Part shown: piece by piece, positions 33,977-42,723 of the stretch
Numbering within the stretch: position 1 is the first letter of the stretch
Layout: every line of letters starts with the position of its first letter
Assembly (NCBI GenBank): GCA_028865345.1
Contig: JAGWKL010000001.1
Coordinates: forward strand, 63,296-127,295
Length of the DNA stretch: 64,000 bases
From: Candidatus Omnitrophota bacterium
GTDB taxonomy: Bacteria; Omnitrophota; Gorgyraeia; Zapsychrales; Fredricksoniimonadaceae
Direction of reading: 5' to 3'
Notes under the pieces: model-generated
The model's input: the letters and a program-made list of their open reading frames with translations, nothing else
Told to the model about the DNA's origin: nothing
The model's database searches: none
Position numbers and translations under genes: made by a program

Positions 33977-34556
33977 CTTCCAGATTTGCAACGATGGAAA
34001 AATTCGTAACCTCGACGGAATTATCCCGGCTTCCCTGGATGGTATCATTCTCAAGGGAAGAAAACCCCTTCATAAAATTTTTGTCCTTTTTCAGGGAGGA
34101 CACGAACAGGCTGACGGTATTGATCTCATTGCGGGTTTTGGAAACGACGCTGCCCTCAATGGTCAAGCCCGCTTTGTCCAGCGTCATTTTCCTGATCCAC
34201 AGCCCCCGGGGCAGCGCGTCGCTGACGGCATTGAATTTAGGCGCCCAAAGCAGCGATCTATCGACCGTCACGCCGGAAATTGCGCTGATCTTCTTTTTCA
34301 GATCCGCGGTCTCCTTGTGAACGGCGTCCACGGCGGTTTTCTGAAGCGCAATCCTGCGCCACTGTGCATCATAAAAAGACAGCCGCCCCATCCCCGCCAG
34401 CCAGACCGCCCCCAAAAGAAGGTGAACCCCAAGCAAAAGGACAACCACCCCGCCGCCGACGCCCAAAAGCACATCCCTGGGGATGTTGACCGCCCAGGCG
34501 TCCGCCGCCTTGCCGCTTTTTCTTGCCCCTTCCGGAATCAGATTAATGTCAATCAT
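33948..34556 (-). CDS. pilN: Type IV pilus assembly protein PilN
   Basis: MIDINLIPE... N-terminus, single TM, PilN/FimA-like. Confidence 0.75.
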   Translation of the reverse strand: MIDINLIPEGARKSGKAADAWAVNIPRDVLLGVGGGVVVLLLGVHLLLGAVWLAGMGRLSFYDAQWRRIALQKTAVDAVHKETADLKKKISAISGVTVDRSLLWAPKFNAVSDALPRGLWIRKMTLDKAGLTIEGSVVSKTRNEINTVSLFVSSLKKDKNFMKGFSSLENDTIQGSRDNSVEVTNFSIVANLEDGHEQHKKR

Positions 34557-35604
34557 TTGAAAGCCCCAATCCCACGGCCACTCCAAACTGTGCGGCATGG
34601 GCCCGGATGTCGCCCTCCAGGGCCGCCCCTGAAGGCAGGCCGCCCAACGGGTCCCAGATCTTCACCGGCAGCCCCAGGCCTTTTTCAAACACGCCTTCAA
34701 TGCCGCCCAGCGCAGACCCGCCCCCGGCCAGGAAAAGCTCATTGACGCGGGCGTGTTTCTCGGTCGTAAAATAATCGAGGGACAGGCGTATTTCGCTGAT
34801 CAAATTACTGATCGGCACCTCGCAGGCGTCCATGATCTGGGCCAATTTATCCTCCGGCCGGCGCTTGAGCGCCTCTGCCGCTGCGGCATCCAGGCCCAGG
34901 GCATTGGCGATCTTTTGGGTCAACTGGCTGCTGCCGATGAAAACGTCTCTCGTAAAACGCAGCGTTCCGTCCTTAAAGATCATGAGGCTGGCGGCCGACG
35001 CGCCCATGTCCAGCAGGGCCCGGGCGCCGCCCGACGGCGTTGACGCCGGCCCCAGGCGGCCGAACGCGTTGGCGGCCGCAATGGGATTAAGCGTCACGCG
35101 GTTTAATTCCAGGCCCGCTTCTTTAAACAATCTCAACCGTTCGTCCACCATCTCTTTCTTGACCGCGGAGAGCAGAACCGGCATTTTTTTGTCATTGCCT
35201 TCAGGGTCGAGAATGGTGCAATCCGTGTAAATGCTTTTAGGGTCAAAAGGGAAATATTTGTCCAATTCATAGACATAAGATTTTCTCAAGTCTTCCAGGG
35301 ACATGCGGGGAAGGTCGATAAAGCGCATCAGGGTCCCTTTGCCGGATACCGACGAGACCAGAAGCTGGTTGCTCCAATGCAGGCGTTCGACGGCCTTTTT
35401 TAAGGCTGCCGGCGCCCCCTGGGCCTCCAGAGTCTCGACGGCCCAATGGCGTATTTCACTCCCCCCGCCGGCCGCCGGGCCCAATTCCACCGCTTTGACG
35501 GCGGAGGCGCCGATATCAATGCCGATGACTGCAACAGCTGGAGGTTGGGGGATCAAACGATTGACGAACAAAAGATACTGCTCAAATAACTTCTTAAAAT
35601 CCAT
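34549..35604 (-). CDS. pilM: Type IV pilus assembly ATPase-fold protein PilM
   Basis: Actin-like/FtsA fold with VIGIDIGASAVK... 351 aa. Confidence 0.85.
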   Translation of the reverse strand: MDFKKLFEQYLLFVNRLIPQPPAVAVIGIDIGASAVKAVELGPAAGGGSEIRHWAVETLEAQGAPAALKKAVERLHWSNQLLVSSVSGKGTLMRFIDLPRMSLEDLRKSYVYELDKYFPFDPKSIYTDCTILDPEGNDKKMPVLLSAVKKEMVDERLRLFKEAGLELNRVTLNPIAAANAFGRLGPASTPSGGARALLDMGASAASLMIFKDGTLRFTRDVFIGSSQLTQKIANALGLDAAAAEALKRRPEDKLAQIMDACEVPISNLISEIRLSLDYFTTEKHARVNELFLAGGGSALGGIEGVFEKGLGLPVKIWDPLGGLPSGAALEGDIRAHAAQFGVAVGLGLSND

Positions 35605-35752
35605 GTAAATATTTTAACAGATTCCAAAAATGAAAATAGCATTATTCAAATTTTTTTGCCTTGAAACCGGTTTAAAATCCGTTGTAAAGTCCCCGTGAAG
35701 CGGCTTGCGCGCCCGGCCATCTTCAGTTATACTTTGTATACAGATAAAATCC
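35605..35752. promoter_or_regulatory. AT-rich divergent promoter region between pilM (minus) and the Flp-like Cys-rich protein gene (plus)
   Basis: 148-nt AT-rich spacer between divergent start codons. It marks the boundary between the all-minus core block and the accessory locus. Confidence 0.4.
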
Positions 35753-36859
35753 ATGCGTAAAAACGGCCAATCCATCATCGAGTATATCTTGATTGCAATC
35801 CTGGTGATTTTAGCGATTGCATTTATGGGCACCTATGTGCTGCGTTCGGTCAACGCCCATTTCAAAATGTGGGACGAGGGCGTCCGGGATTCCGCCGAAG
35901 AGATCATCAACCAGGCCCCGATCGCCGATGTGCCTAATATTTCATTGAACTGCTCGTGCTCGCAGACCGTGGGGACCTGCGGAAGCAGCACGCCCGGCTC
36001 GCAATGCGCCGCCAATGAGAAAATAATAACCTGGAACTGCAATCCCCAGGGATGCAACGGCGCGCAGGGAAACAGCACCTGCGAACTTGACCCCAGCTGC
36101 TGTAATACGCCTGCACCCCAGGGCTGCGGCAACCATCCTCTTCCTTTCGTTCCTGCGACCAAAGGATATATAGGGACCCCGATGCCATGCCCGACAGGGC
36201 TTTCAGGCACATGTTACCAGGGGCTTGGATCCGGCAGTCCCTGCTATTACGGCCAGCAAACCTACGGCTATGCCTGTGGTTCCAATACCAGCCAGGTCTG
36301 TGTCCCGGACAATTCCTGCCCGAACCCCACATGCACGGGATTTATTCTCTTTTCGAATTCTACCACCTATTGCCCGGGCGCCACCAGCGGCCTGCTTCAA
36401 GACACGCCGAACTACTATGTGGGCAACAATTCTTCGGCTTGTTCAGGCTCTGGAAATTGCGAATTGTATTGTAATGCGCCCTATTCCGTCACCCCGGCGA
36501 ATCCGACCAATCCGACGGAAGCTTCCTGCTCCATGGAATTCAACGTAGCGGCCTCCTGTTGCGGTCCTGATGGTTATGACCCTTCATGCCAGTACAGCAC
36601 CAATAATACAAGCAACCCCACCTGTGCCAATGGCGGATGCTCATGTTGGGCATCCGGCAGCCATCAGATCACTAACAACGAAAGTTTTTCAGTCTGCCTT
36701 GACCCAACCACCAAGCTCTCTTCCGTCTATGCCCTGCCGGTCGGGTCTACGGCGACCAATACCTACAAGAGCCCTGCGTTATCCCCCACCGACGGCGGAT
36801 GCGGAGACCCGGGCCTGCCTTCCCAGACATGCAGCATCTCTGTTAATTTCGGATCGTGA
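35753..36859 (+). CDS. Cysteine-rich (~31 Cys) Ser/Thr/Asn/Gly-rich protein with a Flp-type class III (prepilin) signal peptide
   Basis: N-terminus MRKNGQSIIEYILIAILVILAIAF carries a G/xxxxEY Flp-pilin processing motif with Glu at +5. About ten N-x-S/T sequons. No match to an ordinary pilin length. Confidence 0.6.
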   Translation: MRKNGQSIIEYILIAILVILAIAFMGTYVLRSVNAHFKMWDEGVRDSAEEIINQAPIADVPNISLNCSCSQTVGTCGSSTPGSQCAANEKIITWNCNPQGCNGAQGNSTCELDPSCCNTPAPQGCGNHPLPFVPATKGYIGTPMPCPTGLSGTCYQGLGSGSPCYYGQQTYGYACGSNTSQVCVPDNSCPNPTCTGFILFSNSTTYCPGATSGLLQDTPNYYVGNNSSACSGSGNCELYCNAPYSVTPANPTNPTEASCSMEFNVAASCCGPDGYDPSCQYSTNNTSNPTCANGGCSCWASGSHQITNNESFSVCLDPTTKLSSVYALPVGSTATNTYKSPALSPTDGGCGDPGLPSQTCSISVNFGS

Positions 36860-37920
36860 TGGAGCCCATGAAACACCCCCTTGTCGCCGGCGTTGACGAT
36901 CTTTCATTAGACCAAAGGAAGTTTGATCCATCCCCCCTGGACATCGAACGCATCTGCCGCTTCTTTGGTTTGGGAAAACTCAGGCACTTCGAAAAAGAAA
37001 AAAACATCGTGGTTTCCCATTCCAATTTTTTCGCCTTTGTCCGCACAAACCAGGGGGGCTACGCGCTGAAATTCTACCCGCCGCAGGCGGCCCGGGGCAT
37101 CAGCGTTGAATATGCCCTCAACCGCCTCCTGACCGGGCATCGTTTTGCCACACCTTTAATGCACGCGGGAAAAGACGGCCGTGCCTGGGTTTGCGGCTGC
37201 GGCCGTCTGGCAGCCTGTTATTCTTATATCGACGCAGCGCCGGCATGGCAAAAGATCGGGCAAAAAAAGACCATCCGCGCCATCAATGCCTCGATGTTGT
37301 TGCTGAAGCGTATTTTATCCGCCGCCGGAGAGTCCCTTCCGGTGCAAAAACAGAAAACCTTCGGCGCACAGACCCATGACCTCCTGCGCCTTTCCCGCGA
37401 CCTGCGGCCTTATGACCAACAAGAAACGATCGAGGCCTGCCTCCTGGCGGCCTGCCGCGCCTATCAGCGGCATGAAGGGCTGTTTGTCCGCCGGAGGCTC
37501 CATAACAACGCGGGTTTGACCAACTTTCTCGTCGACAGAAAAACCGTTTACACCCTTGACCTGGGCCACGTGCGGGAAGATTACGCCATAAGCGATCTGG
37601 CCGGCATGGTCATTTCCTGCGTTTTCTTTGACACGCCGCCCCAAACAATCCGGGCCATCATTGAAGACTATTTTGCCCAACATCAAATGACACAGGACAG
37701 CAGCGCGGCCCTTGCCGTACTTGTCCAGACCGGGCTTATCAAAGAATATCTGAAAAACATCCAACGGGAAAAATCACTTGGATCTTCCCTGTATCCGCCC
37801 GGACTTCTGGAAGCCTACAGGTCTCTGCTCGCCGAACGCAAGAAATCCATCAGGACTGTTTTAAAGAAAGGGCTTCTGAAAGGGACGGGGCGCCGGGGAC
37901 GGGAAACAGCGCTGATTTGA
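36859..37920 (+). CDS. Protein kinase-like fold phosphotransferase (APH/ChoK/HSK-II-like)
   Basis: Catalytic-loop-like HNNAGLTNFLVD and a DLG (DFG-like) motif. Start ATG overlaps the upstream stop (TGATG), indicating coupling. Confidence 0.5.
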   Translation: MEPMKHPLVAGVDDLSLDQRKFDPSPLDIERICRFFGLGKLRHFEKEKNIVVSHSNFFAFVRTNQGGYALKFYPPQAARGISVEYALNRLLTGHRFATPLMHAGKDGRAWVCGCGRLAACYSYIDAAPAWQKIGQKKTIRAINASMLLLKRILSAAGESLPVQKQKTFGAQTHDLLRLSRDLRPYDQQETIEACLLAACRAYQRHEGLFVRRRLHNNAGLTNFLVDRKTVYTLDLGHVREDYAISDLAGMVISCVFFDTPPQTIRAIIEDYFAQHQMTQDSSAALAVLVQTGLIKEYLKNIQREKSLGSSLYPPGLLEAYRSLLAERKKSIRTVLKKGLLKGTGRRGRETALI

Positions 37921-38959
37921 GTGTCGAGCGGATCATGGTTGTCATGGGGACTTCCGATAAATAGCTGGGGCACCGGCTGCAGGGAACATCGCTGCCGGGC
38001 TTGATCAATCCCAGCACAGTCATTTTCATGTCCAGGTATCGCTTGCTTTTCATGACCGCTTCAAGCCCGTCCTGGAACACATTGCCCGTATCCCCGAAAT
38101 AATTGGCGCAGCATCCGGTCATTTTCCCGTCCCAGTTGATTTGCGGGGCGGTCCACAACTGATAGCAGGACAAATACAGCGACAGGCCGTATTGATCGCT
38201 GTATTCCTGCCTTGTGGCGCTGTTGGACCCGCTCAGGTAACGGATCAATGCCTTGTTTTTGACCGGCGCATACTCCGTCCTTGAATTGAGCTTGATCTTG
38301 AAGACCATCTTCAGTTCCCGCGCCAAGGTCATGGCCTTCAGCACCACATGTTCATTATGCGCAAACGGGATGAATTGCCACTCCAGTTCAGGCAGGGCGC
38401 TGTCATATTTTTCTTTATAAAAGTTAAGGGTTTTGATGTTGTTGATGACCTGCGTGAAACTCCCCCCCACCCGGTATTTCGCATAGCTCTCTTCATCCCC
38501 TCCGTCGATGGCGACGTTGAGGTAACGGAAACGGTATTTGACCAGGTCTTCGCACATCGCAGGGCTTACCCTGTTGAAATTCACGCCCGAACGGGCGGTC
38601 AGGGTGACCCCTTGCTCGCAGGCGTCCTTGATGATGGCCCCCAGCTCCGGGTTAAGGAATATCTCGCCTGAATGGGACAATTCTATGGTTTTGACCGACG
38701 GGTTGGCGCGGATGAAAGCCGCAAAGTCCTTGGCGCGCAAATATCCCCATCCCAGCACCCCGTTCCTTTTTTCCGGACGGGTGTGGGGGTCGCACACAGG
38801 ACAGGCCAATTGGCAGGCGCTGCAGGCGCTCAATCGGACAAAGGTAGGCGGAACATAGCTTAACAGGTCGGCTTTCGTGATCATCTGATTAAAGTGTAAA
38901 CCATAACGGCGCCCCTGTAAAGCGGCTTTGCTAAAGACGCTTGAAATGGTAAAAACCAT
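37850..38959 (-). CDS. Radical SAM protein (start approximate)
   Basis: CQLACPVC (CX3CX2C) motif plus a C-terminal Cys cluster. The track ORF N-terminal extension overlaps the upstream gene and was discarded. Confidence 0.7.
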   Translation of the reverse strand: MVFTISSVFSKAALQGRRYGLHFNQMITKADLLSYVPPTFVRLSACSACQLACPVCDPHTRPEKRNGVLGWGYLRAKDFAAFIRANPSVKTIELSHSGEIFLNPELGAIIKDACEQGVTLTARSGVNFNRVSPAMCEDLVKYRFRYLNVAIDGGDEESYAKYRVGGSFTQVINNIKTLNFYKEKYDSALPELEWQFIPFAHNEHVVLKAMTLARELKMVFKIKLNSRTEYAPVKNKALIRYLSGSNSATRQEYSDQYGLSLYLSCYQLWTAPQINWDGKMTGCCANYFGDTGNVFQDGLEAVMKSKRYLDMKMTVLGLIKPGSDVPCSRCPSYLSEVPMTTMIRSTLKSALFPVPGAPSLSEALSLKQS

Positions 38960-40403
38960 TTCCCCCGTTTGAAACTTTATAATCCTGAAAGAACCCTTTG
39001 AGTTGAATTCTGGGAGGCAGCTGGATCCCGGAAGGCGGTTGAATTCCGTCAGGCATTTGGTTTTTGTAGACCAAAAATACCGCGTGCACCCGCGGTTTAA
39101 GGAGACCGTTTTGGGCCAGGAACTCCGCCGGGTTTGTCCCCTCCCGTATATTAATGACCCTGCGCGTATCCCCCCTATAATAGTAGCTGAAATCCTGAGG
39201 ATCGGCATAGGACACAATGAGATCGTTGGGACCTGCCGCCCGCATTAATTCTTTTGCGGTCGAGCGCCAGTCCTGCTGGGGAAAGCGGGCGATTCCGGTG
39301 AAATACAAATAAATATTAAAAATGGCGATCATAAGCATCGCCGCCAGCATCACGCTGCGCAAGGGGCCGGAGACGGCGCCCAACCGGCTGCTGATCATCA
39401 GGATAAGCGGCACCTGCAAAAATCCGACATACCGCGCCTCAAGATAAACGTGGACACAGGTATAATCGAACAGAAAATAGGCCAGAAGCGCCACGGCAGC
39501 CCATAAAAAGACGGCCCGGTCATCGGCTCTCCGGGGACTATCAACCAGGAAAAACACCAGCAAAAAGACATATAAAAAACAATTGATCTCCCAGAGCCCC
39601 AGGTGGAAAGAATATTGGGCCCAATTTTCATGCGTCCAAATTTCCAGGCCGCTGCCTATGATGAAGAAAAAAGAGCTTAAAGCAAAATGCAGGTAATCAA
39701 AGGCGGCCGTGGGGCGGATCAGCCCCCAGGTTTCTTTGGGGGAACACAAAAAAAGGACCACCCACGGAATACAAAAACCAAGTATGATGAGCTGCCCGGT
39801 GAACCATGGCCTGCGCCTGGCCCCGGTCAATATAAAAATGATGTTTTGCGCCGCCAGAAACAAAAACCCCGAATACATCGTATAGCAGCATAATATGGAT
39901 GTTGCGATATACCATCGATGCGGGGCCTTCCCCTGATTCCTGAGGAAACGGAAAAAGAACAAAAACGATAACGCCTCCAGCAGCCAGAAGGACGCGTACA
40001 TCTTGGCGTACTGGGCATAATGGACGGCAAACGGCGAGAAAGCCAGCAGCGCCGCGGCGATAAGCCCGGCATTTTTATTAAAAAGTTCCTTGCCCAGTTT
40101 ATAAATGACAATGATGGTCAGGCCGGAAAAAAGCGCCGAAGGAAACCTCAGCGCCCATTCGCTCGTGCCGAAAAGGCGCGTCCATAAATGGAGAAACGCA
40201 TAATAAAGCGGCGGAAACGAGGAAGCTTTCAGCAGGACTACGGTCTCCCAAAAAGAATGATTGATCCTCACCGCGGTGGTCAGCTCATCATCGCCCAGGC
40301 TGGGCGCCCCCAGATGATAAAACCGGAGCGCAAGCCCCGCGGTCAGCAGGGCCGCCATGACCCAAAAATCCCCCGGCATCTTCAAAAACCGCCGTTGCAG
40401 CAT
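38931..40403 (-). CDS. GT-C fold glycosyltransferase, family 39/83-like (PMT_2 / ArnT-like) membrane protein
   Basis: More than 10 TM helices. A first-loop DE motif (GDDELTT) and an FPPLYY block are typical of PMT/ArnT-type lipid-sugar-dependent transferases. Confidence 0.8.
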   Translation of the reverse strand: MLQRRFLKMPGDFWVMAALLTAGLALRFYHLGAPSLGDDELTTAVRINHSFWETVVLLKASSFPPLYYAFLHLWTRLFGTSEWALRFPSALFSGLTIIVIYKLGKELFNKNAGLIAAALLAFSPFAVHYAQYAKMYASFWLLEALSFLFFFRFLRNQGKAPHRWYIATSILCCYTMYSGFLFLAAQNIIFILTGARRRPWFTGQLIILGFCIPWVVLFLCSPKETWGLIRPTAAFDYLHFALSSFFFIIGSGLEIWTHENWAQYSFHLGLWEINCFLYVFLLVFFLVDSPRRADDRAVFLWAAVALLAYFLFDYTCVHVYLEARYVGFLQVPLILMISSRLGAVSGPLRSVMLAAMLMIAIFNIYLYFTGIARFPQQDWRSTAKELMRAAGPNDLIVSYADPQDFSYYYRGDTRRVINIREGTNPAEFLAQNGLLKPRVHAVFLVYKNQMPDGIQPPSGIQLPPRIQLKGFFQDYKVSNGGNGFYHFKRL

Positions 40404-40412
40404 GTCGCCTTT

Positions 40413-41135
40413 CTAATGAAACCTCAACTCCGATACAAAACGGCCCGGATCGATCTTCTTCATAAGCCCCTTCTCCTGTCTCATGGACAACAGAAGAAAG
40501 ACATCCCTGGCCAGCCGGTTGAGCCTTCCCATAAAATGGTAGTGCGTTTTCCCGAATTTTCTTTTCCGGCAGGCGATGTCGACCTCGCAAAGATTGATCT
40601 TTTTTTCCCTGGCCAGCAAAGGCAAAAACCGGAACGCCTCGCCCCTGTCTTTGATATCATTGACGATCTTGGACCGGTAGGCCCTGAAGGAGGAATTGAT
40701 ATCATAATACCCCAACCCGAACAACAGGCAGATCAGCCTCTTGGTGATCTTGCGCCTTTCTTTCTTGCCATTCACCACGTCGTAACCCATGTTGATTTTT
40801 TCCACCAGTTTCAAAATGTCCTGCGGGTCATGTTGGAGATCGCCGTCCATGGTGATGATCACCTCCGAACGGACAAAATTCATCCCGACCAAAAGCCCCA
40901 TGGTCTGGCCGAAATTCTTTTTAAGTTTGACCACATTGACGGACTTGTCCCGCTGGTGGATGGCGCATAACTCCCCATAAGAGTTGTCTTTGCTGCCGTC
41001 TTCCACGAAGATGATTTCATATCCCCCCCGCAGCGATTTCAGGCTGTCTTTCAGGCGCTCATAAAGGATGCCTATGTTCTGCTCTTCGTTGTTGACAGGA
41101 ATGACGATGGACAAATCCATGGCTTTTTGCGTCAC
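40413..41135 (-). CDS. GT2 polyprenyl-phosphate sugar synthase-like glycosyltransferase (DPM1/ArnC/GtrB-like)
   Basis: LSIVIPVNNEE...FVEDGSKD...MDGDLQHDP, the DXD-type GT-A motifs of Dpm1-like enzymes. Confidence 0.8.
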   Translation of the reverse strand: MTQKAMDLSIVIPVNNEEQNIGILYERLKDSLKSLRGGYEIIFVEDGSKDNSYGELCAIHQRDKSVNVVKLKKNFGQTMGLLVGMNFVRSEVIITMDGDLQHDPQDILKLVEKINMGYDVVNGKKERRKITKRLICLLFGLGYYDINSSFRAYRSKIVNDIKDRGEAFRFLPLLAREKKINLCEVDIACRKRKFGKTHYHFMGRLNRLARDVFLLLSMRQEKGLMKKIDPGRFVSELRFH

Positions 41136-42001
41136 AACTGCCCGTAGCTCGACAGCGAGATGCCGTATTGCTTGAACACTCCCCGGGCCCCCAAACAGCG
41201 CAATACCTCCATCTCCCGTTGTCTCGCGGCATTAATATAATATTTCTGCCGGTTAAGCACAGGGTCTTGCCATTCCTCATCGATATAGCCGGGATGGCAC
41301 ATCAATTCCGTGGTCCCCTTTTTTAAACCGGACAATACCCTTATGCAGCCTTCCAGCGTCATACGTCCTGTGACGGACGCCCCGTAAAAATAGTCCGGGG
41401 ACTTGACATGATAGGTCTCCAGCATCCGCCGGTTGATCATGGAGCAACAGGACAACAACAGCGCCGTGTAGGATTGCTTTTTAAATACCCTCCCCAGGCC
41501 GGCTCTTTGCCCCAGATAAGGAATTTCATTGATGCTGCGTATTTTTAAAATGCCGTATTCCCCGGCGATTGTCAAGAGGACTTTAAACAAAGGACTGAGG
41601 ATGTGGACATGCTTTTCACTGTCTAAATGCGTGATCCGGACCCCCCGGGAGAGGGCCTTTTCAATTTGGGCCCTGCATTCAACGGCAAATTCCTCCAAAC
41701 ACCTTTTGCCCGTATAACACAGCGCGGCCAGACGGTTGACATTCCCGTGGAAAAATCCCCCCTCGCAAAGGCTGCCGACGCCTTCGACGGGAGAAACAGG
41801 CCTGCCCCGCAGCACATTGATGTGAAGACCGACCCCCAAACCCGGATTGTCCCTGATTGATCTGACGGCGTCCTCAAAACCGGGCATATTCACCATCAAT
41901 GACGCGCTGGTCAATACGCCGCTGTTAAACAACTCTATTATTCCCTTATTAATGCCGCGGCTGAGGCCGAAATCGTCGGCATTGATAATGAGCTTCTTCA
42001 T
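41132..42001 (-). CDS. YdjC/ChbG-family carbohydrate deacetylase
   Basis: N-terminus MKKLIINADDFG, a YdjC hallmark. Internal start chosen. Confidence 0.8.
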   Translation of the reverse strand: MKKLIINADDFGLSRGINKGIIELFNSGVLTSASLMVNMPGFEDAVRSIRDNPGLGVGLHINVLRGRPVSPVEGVGSLCEGGFFHGNVNRLAALCYTGKRCLEEFAVECRAQIEKALSRGVRITHLDSEKHVHILSPLFKVLLTIAGEYGILKIRSINEIPYLGQRAGLGRVFKKQSYTALLLSCCSMINRRMLETYHVKSPDYFYGASVTGRMTLEGCIRVLSGLKKGTTELMCHPGYIDEEWQDPVLNRQKYYINAARQREMEVLRCLGARGVFKQYGISLSSYGQL

Positions 42002-42723
42002 AAACGGCTTTTTACTTTTCGGCGGCCATAGGTTGTTATCAACATACGCCGCATGACGGCAGGGACCTGGATCTCGCTTTTGAAGGTCCGGTGCGGGATG
42101 CCCCGTGCAATGGCCAATGCACGCAAAAGTTTCTTGTCTTTCTTCAAGGCCGCGGGCACCTCCTGCGCCAATGCCAGCATGGCTTCTGATAAGAACGGGA
42201 AAATAAATTTGCACCCGTGAACCTCGGCCACGCGCAAATGAAGGGCCTTTTGCCGCCTGGCGTCCTGTAGGCGCTCCTTAAGCCTTTGCGGCCTTACTTG
42301 CAAAGCCTCATTACCAAACCACTGATCAGAACCCATGCCTGAAATCAACACGTTCCCCGCAGTCTTGGGATCGTATTTCTTGAGGGCCGCATACACGACC
42401 CCCAGGTCCAGGTCCGCCATAGGCTGCTCCGTCAAAGCGGCAAGCCCCCCAAAAGCGGACAAGAATTCCGCAGGTTTCACATGAAGGATGCAATGTTTGA
42501 TCCCTGCCTGCCGGGCGGACTCAGCGGCCCCGGCAACGGTGAGAGGGTTAAAATCGTCAAATTGCACCGTCACCGCCGTCACTTGGGCGCCGCAGCGCCG
42601 GGCCATCAACGCCATCAGCATGGAATCGAACCCGCCGCTGAACATGATCGCCCGGCGGGTGCCGGCCATCTTTCCCATGGCCGACTCCAGTGTCCGCTCC
42701 ACCAAAAAAGGAAGATCCCTCAT
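41998..42723 (-). CDS. PP-loop superfamily ATP pyrophosphatase (asparagine synthetase C-domain / QueC / LarE-like)
   Basis: A SGGFDS PP-loop close to the N-terminus. No C-terminal Cys cluster, so probably not QueC proper. Confidence 0.6.
   Translation of the reverse strand: MRDLPFLVERTLESAMGKMAGTRRAIMFSGGFDSMLMALMARRCGAQVTAVTVQFDDFNPLTVAGAAESARQAGIKHCILHVKPAEFLSAFGGLAALTEQPMADLDLGVVYAALKKYDPKTAGNVLISGMGSDQWFGNEALQVRPQRLKERLQDARRQKALHLRVAEVHGCKFIFPFLSEAMLALAQEVPAALKKDKKLLRALAIARGIPHRTFKSEIQVPAVMRRMLITTYGRRKVKSRL

Noticed and set aside
39012-39056. Cluster of restriction sites (EcoRI-PvuII-BamHI-EcoRI) resembling a polylinker
   Set aside because: It lies in-frame within the GT39-like gene, encoding a GIQPP/GIQLPP peptide repeat. 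It is not palindromic as a unit and is most simply chance in GC-rich sequence.
37850-39217. N-terminal ~86-aa extension of the radical SAM track ORF (MCPMPILRIS...)
   Set aside because: It begins at a TTG, overlaps the GT39-like gene by almost 290 nt, and has junk-like composition. A downstream ATG (MVFTISS) or MITKADLL gives a normal radical SAM N-terminus.
42001-42214. 71-aa N-terminal extension of the YdjC ORF (MQIYFPVLIRSHAGIGAGG...)
   Set aside because: It overlaps the upstream PP-loop gene. YdjC proteins begin at the conserved MKKLIINADDFG, which also creates a 4-nt coupling overlap.
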